DNA of 24,000 bases from Streptomyces solicamelliae (GCF_045348655.1 NZ_CP160404.1:3266624-3290623), one strand, 5' to 3'; shown: positions 6,900 to 15,073, counted from the stretch's first letter. Notes: generated by a model not told the origin, from the sequence alone. Program-made: numbers and translations.

Positions 6900-8297
6900 A
6901 TGAGCACCACGGCCACGGTCAACGGCGGCATCTCCTTCTGGTACGCACAGGAAGGCACCCCCGCACCCCGCGAACCGCTGCCCGGGGACACCACGGCCGA
7001 CGTCTGCATCGTCGGCGGCGGCTACACCGGCCTGTGGACCGCGTACTACCTCAAGAAGGCCGTCCCCTTCCTCAACATCACCGTCCTCGAAGCCAAGTTC
7101 TGCGGATACGGCGCCTCCGGCCGCAACGGCGGCTGGCTCTACAACGGCATCGCCGGCCGCGACCGCCACGCCCGGGTCCACGGCCACGAACCCGCCGCCC
7201 GCCTCCAGCAGGCCATGAACCACACCGTCACCGAGGTCATCGACGTCTGCGCCACCGAAGGCATCGACGCCGACATCCACCGCGGCGGCGTCCTCGAAGT
7301 CGCCCTCACCCCCGCCCAACTGACCCGCCTCAAGGAGTTCCACGCCCGCGAACTCGCCTTCGGCGAGAAGGAACGCGAACTCCTCGGCGCCCGCGAAACC
7401 GCCGAACGCATCCGCGTCTTCGGCGCCGTCGGCTCCAGCTGGACCCCCCACGGCGCCCGCCTCCACCCGGCGAAACTGGCGAAGGGCCTGGCGGCAGCAG
7501 TAGAAGCCCTCGGCGTGACGATCCACGAATCCACCCCGGTCACCGAGATCAAGCCCAAACACGCCGTCACCCCCTACGGCACCGTCCGCGCCCCCTACGT
7601 ACTGCGCTGCACCGAAGGCTTCACCGCCTCCCTCACCGGCCAGCGCCGCACCTGGCTCCCCATGAACTCCTCCATGATCGCCACCGACCCCCTCCCCGAC
7701 GCCCTCTGGGACGAGATCGGCTGGACCGGCCTGGAAACCCTCGGCGACATGGCCCACGCCTACATGTACGCCCAGCGCACCGCCGACGGCCGCATCGCCC
7801 TCGGCGGCCGAGGCGTCCCCTACCGCTACGGCTCGAAGACCGACAACGACGGCCGCACGCAAGAGAAGACGATCGACGCCCTCCGGGACATCCTCACCAC
7901 CCTCTTCCCCCAACTCGCCGGCATCGGCATCGCCCACGCCTGGTCCGGCGTCCTCGGCGTCCCCCGCGACTGGTGCGCCACCGTCACCCTCGACCGCTCC
8001 ACCGGCCTCGGCTGGGCCGGCGGCTACGTCGGCTCCGGCGTCGCCACCGCCAACCTCGCCGCCCGCACCCTCCGCGACCTCATCCAGCAGGACTCCGGCC
8101 AGGGCGGCCCCACCGACCTCACGACCCTCCCCTGGGTCGACCACAAGGTCCGCAAATGGGAACCCGAACCCCTCCGCTGGCTCGGCGTCCAGGCCATGTA
8201 CGCCGCCTACCGCACCGCCGACCGCCAGGAATCCACTACCCACACCCCCACCACCGCCCCCCTCGCCCGCCTCGCCGACCACCTCAACGGCCGCTGA
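6900..8297 (+). CDS. FAD-dependent oxidoreductase, DAO family (gamma-glutamylputrescine oxidase / PuuB-OrdL-like)
   Basis: ATG 6900 follows GAGGA (6889-6893). An alternative start is ATG 6852. The FAD motif is DVCIVGGGYTGLWTAYYL, followed by EAKFCGYGASGRNGGW. Only the last 465 codons of the 1106-aa track ORF look like protein. Confidence 0.85.
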   Translation: MSTTATVNGGISFWYAQEGTPAPREPLPGDTTADVCIVGGGYTGLWTAYYLKKAVPFLNITVLEAKFCGYGASGRNGGWLYNGIAGRDRHARVHGHEPAARLQQAMNHTVTEVIDVCATEGIDADIHRGGVLEVALTPAQLTRLKEFHARELAFGEKERELLGARETAERIRVFGAVGSSWTPHGARLHPAKLAKGLAAAVEALGVTIHESTPVTEIKPKHAVTPYGTVRAPYVLRCTEGFTASLTGQRRTWLPMNSSMIATDPLPDALWDEIGWTGLETLGDMAHAYMYAQRTADGRIALGGRGVPYRYGSKTDNDGRTQEKTIDALRDILTTLFPQLAGIGIAHAWSGVLGVPRDWCATVTLDRSTGLGWAGGYVGSGVATANLAARTLRDLIQQDSGQGGPTDLTTLPWVDHKVRKWEPEPLRWLGVQAMYAAYRTADRQESTTHTPTTAPLARLADHLNGR

Positions 8298-8313
8298 CCC
8301 CGGAAACGCAAAA

Positions 8314-8338
8314 GGCCCGGGTTCCAGAAACCCGGGCC
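8314..8338. terminator. Bidirectional intrinsic terminator (GGCCCGGGTT ccaga AACCCGGGCC), flanked by AAAA on the plus strand, which is a U-tract for the minus-strand gene
   Basis: A perfect 10-bp stem lies between convergent stops at 8297 (+) and 8368 (-). The rc reads GGCCCGGGTTTCTGGAACCCGGGCCTTTTGC. Confidence 0.7.
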
Positions 8339-8367
8339 CCTCACCCCACCCACCTCACCAGCCGGGA

Positions 8368-10509
8368 CTACTCCACCTCGATCCCGAAGTCCCCCACCAA
8401 CTCCCCCAACCCACCCCGATACCCCTTACCGCCCAGCACGAAATCCCAGTCCCCACTCGCCCGCCGCCGGAACGACCCCAACACCAACGCCGTCTCCCCA
8501 GGACGCCCGTCCGACACCACCAACTGATCCAACTCCACGCCCGAATCGTCCCGAAGCCTGATCCCCGCATCCACGAACCCCGACAGATCCGCATCAGGAT
8601 TCACCTCGGGATCCACGGCCGCCACCAGCACCAACCGATCCGCCCGCGCCGGCAGCGCGTCGAAACCCACCCGCACCGCCGCCCGATCCCCCGACACCGC
8701 CGGCACCATCCTCACCGCGCCATCAGGCGTCCCCGGATTGTTGAAGAAGACGAAGAACTCGTCCCCCAACACCCGGTCCCCCTCACACACCAGCGCACAC
8801 ACGTCCAAGGCCACCGGCCCCGACCACACCATCCCCAGCACACTGAAGTCGTCCTCAGCCTCCGGAGGAGCCACAGGCCCACGCCCCGACGCCTGAGCAG
8901 GAACCCCCACACCCGCACCCGCACCGCCGCCGAGCCGCCCCCGCAGCCCATGCTGATGCAGCAGATCCACCAACTCCGCACCCGAGATCAACGTCAGCGG
9001 CTTGCCATTGGCGAACGTGTACGACCCCGGACCAAAACCCGACGTCGTCACCAACACCCCCTTGTTCGCCCCCGCCCCCTGCACCGTCCCGTACAGATCC
9101 CGCACCGCACTCGGCGGCACCGTGTTCCGATACCGCTTCGCCTGCACGATGATCGAACCACCACTGATCGGATCCGGATCCAACGCCTCCACGTCAACCC
9201 CGCCGTCATTCGACCGACGCGTCGTCACCGCCTGCAGCCCCCGCGCCCGGAACAACTCAGCAACCAACCCCTCGAACGCAATCGGATCCATCGACAACAA
9301 GTCCGGCTCCGCACCCTCACCATGCGACACCACACCCGACCCCACCTGCTCCGGCGTCAGCAACGGCACCACCGCCACCCGCTCATCAGGCTTCGCCGAC
9401 AACCGCCCCGACAAGGCGCCCGTCACACACTCCACGGCGCTGACCAACTCCAGGTTCAGCCCGTCGAAAACCCCACGCTCCACCATCACCGACGCCACAC
9501 ACACCCGCGACGCCACCCCCGTCGCCGGATCCACACCGCCGACGAAACCGTTCAACGCCACACCCTGCAGAACACCGAACGGATCCGCGGCAAACAACTC
9601 ACGCACCGCCAACAACACACTCTGCGCCAGCACATCCCGATACAGCGCCCGCCGCTGCGTCACCGGCCGCGCCACTTCCCGCTCCTGATCCGTACTGGGC
9701 AGATACTTGATCCCCTTGGCCGCCGGCACCACCTCGTACCCCGGCAAATCCCAGTCCAGCACCAACCCCCGAGCCGACCGGTCGTACGCCGCCGACACCT
9801 CCCGCGGAAACCCCTCAGGCCACGCGGTCGACGCGTACAACACCGCCGAGAAGAACTCCACCACCGTCTCGGCATCCCCAGACCGCAGCGACTCCACCAT
9901 CCCGGCAATACCACTGTTGTGCGCCCGCACCTCCGCAAGCCGCCCTGCAGCCCACGCCTCGTACTGTGCCCGATACGCCGCCAACTGCTCCTGCCGCTGC
10001 GCCTCAGCCGCCTGCGCCGCATACCAGTCCTGCTCAAAACGCGCCCGCGCCTGCTGCTCCGCCTGCGCCCGCCCAGCCGGCGTCCAACCCCCCTGCGCCT
10101 GATACGACCGCTGATCCGGCATCGGCACCGGCACCGCCAACCGCCCAGGCGCAAACGGCTCCAACTCCTCCGACCGCCGCAACGAATCCACCGAGAACAC
10201 CGGCGCCGCACACCCCGACGCCAACAACCCCTCCAGCAACGCCACCCGCTCGTCCAGCTCCCGCGTCCGCCGCAACGCATCCGCATCCCGATGCTGCCGA
10301 TACGCCGCCCGCTGCTCCCGCTGCATCCGCGCCACATCACGCTCATGCGCCCGCTGCGCACGCTCCGCATCCCGCTGCTGCCGCAACACCGCCTGCAGCT
10401 GCCCCTCCCGCTCCCGCTGCGCCACCCGCTGCGCCTCGGCCCATGCACCGATCAACCCACTGGAACGCCGACTCACCGGCCGCACCCCTCCCCAGAACAC
10501 CCCACACAT
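8368..10509 (-). CDS. Multidomain protein: N-terminal Q/R/A/E-rich coiled coil, unassigned middle domain, Mrr-type (PD-(D/E)xK) restriction-endonuclease domain, C-terminal TerD domain
   Basis: Track ORF 8368..10566. I place the start at ATG 10507-10509 (MCGVFWGG...) because the first 19 codons overlap the tRNA terminator hairpin. Nuclease motifs are DPIAFEGLVAELF, GGVDVEA and IIVQAKRY (about nt 8947-9294). TerD motifs are DEFFVFFNNPGTPDGAV, LVLVAAV and WDFVLGGKGYRGGLGELVGDFGIEV (about nt 8371-8853). Confidence 0.8.
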   Translation of the reverse strand: MCGVFWGGVRPVSRRSSGLIGAWAEAQRVAQREREGQLQAVLRQQRDAERAQRAHERDVARMQREQRAAYRQHRDADALRRTRELDERVALLEGLLASGCAAPVFSVDSLRRSEELEPFAPGRLAVPVPMPDQRSYQAQGGWTPAGRAQAEQQARARFEQDWYAAQAAEAQRQEQLAAYRAQYEAWAAGRLAEVRAHNSGIAGMVESLRSGDAETVVEFFSAVLYASTAWPEGFPREVSAAYDRSARGLVLDWDLPGYEVVPAAKGIKYLPSTDQEREVARPVTQRRALYRDVLAQSVLLAVRELFAADPFGVLQGVALNGFVGGVDPATGVASRVCVASVMVERGVFDGLNLELVSAVECVTGALSGRLSAKPDERVAVVPLLTPEQVGSGVVSHGEGAEPDLLSMDPIAFEGLVAELFRARGLQAVTTRRSNDGGVDVEALDPDPISGGSIIVQAKRYRNTVPPSAVRDLYGTVQGAGANKGVLVTTSGFGPGSYTFANGKPLTLISGAELVDLLHQHGLRGRLGGGAGAGVGVPAQASGRGPVAPPEAEDDFSVLGMVWSGPVALDVCALVCEGDRVLGDEFFVFFNNPGTPDGAVRMVPAVSGDRAAVRVGFDALPARADRLVLVAAVDPEVNPDADLSGFVDAGIRLRDDSGVELDQLVVSDGRPGETALVLGSFRRRASGDWDFVLGGKGYRGGLGELVGDFGIEVE

Positions 10510-10528
10510 ACGCCCCCGTAACGCACAA

Positions 10529-10557
10529 GTGTCCCGGATCAGAGTGATCCGGGACAC
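10529..10557 (-). terminator. Hairpin immediately 3' of tRNA-Thr (13-bp perfect stem GTGTCCCGGATCA / TGATCCGGGACAC, 3-nt loop)
   Basis: The perfect inverted repeat is read directly. It lies 12 nt downstream of the tRNA 3' end on the minus strand. The following sequence, TTGTGCGTT, is only weakly U-rich. Confidence 0.55.
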
Positions 10558-10568
10558 ACGTTTCACAG

Positions 10569-10644
10569 AGCCCCCTGTCGGATTCGAACCGACGACCTAT
10601 GTATTACAAGTACATCGCTCTGGGCCGGACTGAGCTAAGGAGGC
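10569..10644 (-). tRNA. tRNA-Thr (anticodon UGU)
   Basis: Hand-folded cloverleaf from the rc. Acceptor GCCTCCT/AGGGGGC (one G-U pair). D arm GCTC-AGTCCGGCCCA-GAGC. Anticodon arm ATGTA-CTTGTAA-TACAT, with the anticodon at plus-strand 10606-10608. Variable loop AGGTC. T arm GTCGG-TTCGAAT-CCGAC. Discriminator T. No CCA is encoded. Confidence 0.85.
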
Positions 10645-10804
10645 ACGCCTCAGCCGCGCTCGCACGCAGGAAGCTCTCCCACTGTACACAGCCCCGTGAG
10701 TCGCCAGCGAAGAATTCACGACCCCCCGTAACCACCTGCCCACACGTTCGTTGACCGGACTGAAGTGCAGGTCCGGATATCGGACAGCAGGGCGGGGAGG
10801 GGCC

Positions 10805-12208
10805 ATGGCGGAGCCGTCGGAGGAGATACCGCGGCGTGTGATCGGCGCTGAGGCGAAGCGGGTGAAGCGCGTGACGCTGGGCATCGCCGACCGGCATGAG
10901 CGACACGGCCGCGCCTCCGGAGCCATGAAGCAGCGGCGCCAGGACCCGGGAACCCAGCAACGGACCTACCGCTACCGCTTCTACCCCACCCCCGACCAGG
11001 CCGAGCAGCTGACCAAGACCTTCGGGGCCTGCCGCTGGGTCTACAACGAGGGGCTGGCCCTCCGTGCCGGCGCGTGGGAGCAGCACAGAGTGTCCGTCGG
11101 ATTCGCGGAGACCTGTCGGGCTCTCACGGGGTGGAAGCGGGAGGAGGGACGGGAGTGGCTGCGTGAGGTCTCGTCGACGGTGCTGCAGCAGGCGCTGCGG
11201 CATCTGGACGGTGCGTTCTCACGCTTCTTCAGGAAGTCCGCGAAGTACCCGAAGCGGAAGAAGAAGGGGCGGTCGCGGGACTCTGCGATCTACGTCCGGA
11301 CAGGCTTCAAGTGGGTGGAGGATCCGGAGCGGCCGGGGACGGGTCTGGTGACGCTGGCGAAGCAGACTGTGCCGCTCGACATCCGCTGGTCCCGCCCTCT
11401 GCCGGCCGGGCAGGTACCGGTACGTCTGAATGTCACGCGGGACAGAGCGGGGCGGTTCTTCCTCTCCGTACTGGTCGAGGAACGCATCGAGCCACTGCAG
11501 CCGGTGTTCCTCCCCGGCACGTACGCGCCGAAGGCCGTGGGTCTTGATCTCGGTCTGGCGGCCTTGGTCACGATGGACGACGGGTCGGTGCTGGAACATC
11601 CGCGGCTGCTGAGAAAACACGGAGAGGAACTGGCTCGTCGGCAGCGGCAGCTGCACCGCAAACAGAAGGGGTCGAAGAACCGGGGGAAGGCGCGCAAGCG
11701 CATCGCCCGCCTGTACGCGCTCATCGGTGACGTACGGAGAGATCTCCTGGATCAGTTCACCACCCGCCTCGTGCGCGAGAACCAAGTGCTCGTGGTGGAG
11801 GATCTTCCGATCGCAAATCTCATGCGCCCGGCTCGAGGCAAAGGGCGCCGGCGGAAGGCAAAGCTGAACCAGGCCATCAGGGATGCGGCCTGGGGTGAGC
11901 TGCTGCGTCAGCTGCGCTACAAGTGTGAGTGGTACGGGCGGACCCTGGTGATCGTGGACCGGTGGTTTCCGTCGACCCGCCGCTGCTCGGCCTGCCACGC
12001 GAAGGGACCGCGCCTGGATGTGTCGGTCCGGGAGTGGGTCTGCGCGGAGTGCGGCGCGATTCACGGCCGGGACCACAACGCGGCCGTGAACCTGCGAGAC
12101 GAGGGGATGCGGCTGTACTGGCTGGTGGCAGCGGCGCTGCCGCCAGGCAGGGCCGTGCCTGCTCTGATCAAGGCGTCAGAACTGCCGGACGTCTTGATCG
12201 CCGCCTAG
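10805..12208 (+). CDS. tnpB: TnpB (IS605 OrfB-family RNA-guided endonuclease)
   Basis: Hallmarks are the N-terminal RTYRYRFYPTPDQ motif, the RuvC triad D (AVGLDLG, GAT 11546-11548), E (LVVEDL) and D (GRDHNAAVNL), and the zinc ribbon CSACH...CAECG. I chose ATG 10805 because of a strong SD (GGAGG 10796-10800) and high third-position GC in the 40 codons before ATG 10925, which is the alternative and more canonical-length start. Confidence 0.85.
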   Translation: MAEPSEEIPRRVIGAEAKRVKRVTLGIADRHERHGRASGAMKQRRQDPGTQQRTYRYRFYPTPDQAEQLTKTFGACRWVYNEGLALRAGAWEQHRVSVGFAETCRALTGWKREEGREWLREVSSTVLQQALRHLDGAFSRFFRKSAKYPKRKKKGRSRDSAIYVRTGFKWVEDPERPGTGLVTLAKQTVPLDIRWSRPLPAGQVPVRLNVTRDRAGRFFLSVLVEERIEPLQPVFLPGTYAPKAVGLDLGLAALVTMDDGSVLEHPRLLRKHGEELARRQRQLHRKQKGSKNRGKARKRIARLYALIGDVRRDLLDQFTTRLVRENQVLVVEDLPIANLMRPARGKGRRRKAKLNQAIRDAAWGELLRQLRYKCEWYGRTLVIVDRWFPSTRRCSACHAKGPRLDVSVREWVCAECGAIHGRDHNAAVNLRDEGMRLYWLVAAALPPGRAVPALIKASELPDVLIAA

Positions 12209-12440
12209 GGAGCAGCACCACGGACCGACGGGCCGTCGGCCGGAATGCCTGTGGAGCCCGCGTAAGACCTGTTCCTTGTGCCCCTCAGCGGTGCTCTGGA
12301 CAGGCGATGGGTGTTGAAGCAGGAAGCTTGCGCAAGGTCAAAAAACGTGGCTCTGACCGTGCAGGCAGAAGCCACAAGTGGAGTGCTCTGGCTCCTCCGC
12401 CGAGCCGGCTCCCGACGAATTTCACGCCCCTCCCCTACTG
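12090..12440 (+). ncRNA. Predicted TnpB omega-RNA (reRNA) scaffold overlapping the tnpB 3' end and right end. Extent is uncertain.
   Basis: This is inferred from established TnpB biology, in which the omega-RNA is transcribed from the tnpB 3' end through the IS right end. Local stem-loops are seen at CCGAC-GGGCC-GTCGG (about 12226-12240), GTGGCT...AGCCAC (about 12349-12377) and GGCTC-CTCCGCC-GAGCC (about 12391-12407). There is no direct evidence of transcription. Confidence 0.3.
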
Positions 12441-12555
12441 ACAGATCGGACACCGGCCAGGTACCGTCACCGAGAGTTCACTGCGGTGGACTAGACCCAT
12501 CTTCCTTTACAACGGATCGTCCGGCACGTTCCTGCCGGTGAAGGGACGCATCACC

Positions 12556-13653
<1,098 letters not shown>

Positions 13654-13677
13654 CCCGCCCGAGCGACAGCCGCACCC

Positions 13678-13706
13678 GGCCCCGTACCTGTTGCAGGTGC
13701 GGGGCC
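13678..13706 (+). terminator. msiK terminator hairpin (12-bp stem GGCCCCGTACCT / AGGTGCGGGGCC with one G-U pair, 5-nt loop)
   Basis: The inverted repeat lies 25 nt after the msiK stop and is followed by GCCGTGCGTTTCC. Confidence 0.6.
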
Positions 13707-13849
13707 GCCGTGCGTTTCCGCCCGAGTCGACGAATACCGGGCGATCCCGCCGCCGCGCGTCAACACGGGATTCGAAAAACCACCTCGAACCGTCCCCCGC
13801 GAGAGTGACTAAATGTCGCCATATCACTACCGGCCGCTACGCTCGCTCC

Positions 13850-14263
13850 GTGACCCACACAGCCCGCCGCATCGGCCGCTCTCTCGCACTCGTCCTGCCC
13901 GTCGTCCTGGTGCTCTCCGGAACGCTCGCGGTGTCCGCCGTTCCGTGGGCCGGACAGGCCCAGGGGACCCAGATGCTGAGCGCGTCCTCCGCGGACGTCT
14001 CGACGCCCGCCAAGTCCCGTGCGCCGCAGGATATTCTGCGCGACCGGCTGCTCGCAGAGCTTCAGCAGAAGGACCCCGGGACGGCGCTGACCCACTTGCA
14101 GCGCGAGGTCGAGGCGCGTCCGTCGCTCGCCAGGCACTGCATGGACATCGCCCGCGCCCTCGGCCGCGCCGCCGTGAAGCAGTACGGCCCCACGCGCGCC
14201 CAGTCCTTCTCGCGCCCGGTCTGCGACACGTCCTTCGCGACCGGCGTCATGGCCGCCTCCTGA
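13850..14263 (+). CDS. Small secreted hypothetical protein (signal peptide; about 137 aa)
   Basis: The frame is that of track ORF 13511..14263. GTG 13850 gives (M)THTARRIGRSLALVLPVVLVLSGTLAVSAVPWAGQAQG, with a positive n-region, an h-region and an AQA-type cleavage site. An alternative start is GTG 13805. No clear SD is present. Confidence 0.55.
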   Translation: MTHTARRIGRSLALVLPVVLVLSGTLAVSAVPWAGQAQGTQMLSASSADVSTPAKSRAPQDILRDRLLAELQQKDPGTALTHLQREVEARPSLARHCMDIARALGRAAVKQYGPTRAQSFSRPVCDTSFATGVMAAS

Positions 14264-14356
14264 GCCGCCCCGCAGGCCGGCTCCCGAGCGGCCTCCCGCG
14301 GCGCCCCCTGAGCGCCGTCCCCGTCCCTCCGCGAGGGGGCGCATATCGTTCGCCGT

Positions 14357-15073
14357 ATGCATACCTCTCCGACGCAGGCGGTGGTCCTGGCGGGTGGCCA
14401 GGGCTCGCGTCTGCGCCCCTACACCGACGACCGCCCCAAGCCGATGGTCGAGATCCCGGGCACCGGGACCCCGATCATCGGCCATCAGCTTTCCTGGCTG
14501 GCCTCCGAGGGCGTCACCGACGCCGTCGTGTCCTGCGGCCATCTCGCCGAGGTGCTCCAGGACTGGCTGGAGAGCGCCGAGCTGCCGCTCCGGGTGACCA
14601 CGGTCGTCGAGTCGGAGCCGCTGGGCCGCGGCGGCGGCCTCAAGTACGCCGCCGCGCATCTCCCCGAGCCGGGGCAGCCCTGGTACGCCACCAACGGCGA
14701 CATCTGGACCCGCTTCTCGCTGCGTGACATGGCCGAGTTCCACGCCGAGCGGGACGCCACCGCCACCCTGGCCCTGGCCCGCCCCCGCATCCCGTGGGGC
14801 GCCGTCGAGACCGACGCCTTCGGTCACATCACGGACTTCATCGAGGCACCGCCCTCCCCGTACCTCATCAACGCGGGCGTGTACGTCTTCTCCGCGGACT
14901 TCACCGACCAGCTCCCGGAGCGCGGGGACCACGAACGCACCACGTTCCCCCGGCTGGCCCGGGAGCGGCGGCTCGCCGGCTATCCGCTGCCGCAGGGCGC
15001 GTACTGGCGGGCGATCGACACCGCCAAGGACCTCACGGAGGCGGCGAAGGAGCTGGCGGGGACGCGTACCTGA
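14357..15073 (+). CDS. Sugar-phosphate nucleotidyltransferase (NDP-sugar pyrophosphorylase, ManC/RmlA-like)
   Basis: The N-terminal motif AVVLAGGQGSRLRPYTDDRPKPMVEI is the G-x-G-T/S-R-L signature of NTP_transferase enzymes. The product is 238 aa. Confidence 0.85.
   Translation: MHTSPTQAVVLAGGQGSRLRPYTDDRPKPMVEIPGTGTPIIGHQLSWLASEGVTDAVVSCGHLAEVLQDWLESAELPLRVTTVVESEPLGRGGGLKYAAAHLPEPGQPWYATNGDIWTRFSLRDMAEFHAERDATATLALARPRIPWGAVETDAFGHITDFIEAPPSPYLINAGVYVFSADFTDQLPERGDHERTTFPRLARERRLAGYPLPQGAYWRAIDTAKDLTEAAKELAGTRT

Larger units (their letters stand above)
10751..12460 (+). mobile_element. IS200/IS605-family element carrying tnpB only (IS1341-like, no tnpA). Boundaries are approximate.
   Basis: A TnpB CDS is present and no Y1 transposase is nearby. 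A left-end-like subterminal hairpin CCGGAC-N10-GTCCGG (10755-10776) is preceded by TTGAC. The right end is not definable by eye and lies somewhere in 12209-12540. Confidence 0.5.

Noticed and set aside
4977-8297. 1106-aa plus-strand ORF, the longest in the track
   Set aside because: The first ~640 codons are monotonous Arg/Pro (RPRRRHRPH...). They run out of frame or antisense across the quinone oxidoreductase and GNAT genes. Only the last 465 codons (6900-8297) have enzyme-like sequence and an SD.
10510-10566. First 19 codons of the 732-aa nuclease-fusion ORF (MKRVSRITLIRDTCALRGR)
   Set aside because: This stretch is encoded by the perfect 13-bp hairpin directly abutting the tRNA 3' end. 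It is more plausibly tRNA terminator or processing structure than coding sequence.
10645-10720. Promoter for tRNA-Thr (minus strand), with a -10-like TACAGT about 35 nt upstream of the mature 5' end
   Set aside because: There is no acceptable -35 element at 16-18 bp spacing, so I cannot support a call from sequence alone.
10751-10804. Track start of the tnpB ORF at 10751 (MTGLKCRSGY...)
   Set aside because: The start codon would be the TTG of a TTGACC motif. It has no SD and overlaps the putative left-end hairpin. ATG 10805 (strong SD) or ATG 10925 are better starts.
12476-12497. Possible PHO box (PhoP direct-repeat units) upstream of msiK: GTTCACTGCGG TGGACTAGACC
   Set aside because: Only the first 11-nt unit resembles the GTTCACC-type consensus, and the second unit is poor. 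PhoP needs at least two good direct repeats. A single hit is expected by chance.
13766-13795. tRNA-like fragment GGGATTCGAAAAACC...CTCGAACCG, considered as a possible att-site copy of the tRNA-Thr T-arm
   Set aside because: Only about 9 nt match (GGATTCGAA). There is no acceptor-stem match or cloverleaf. It lies in a different intergenic region with no mobile genes.
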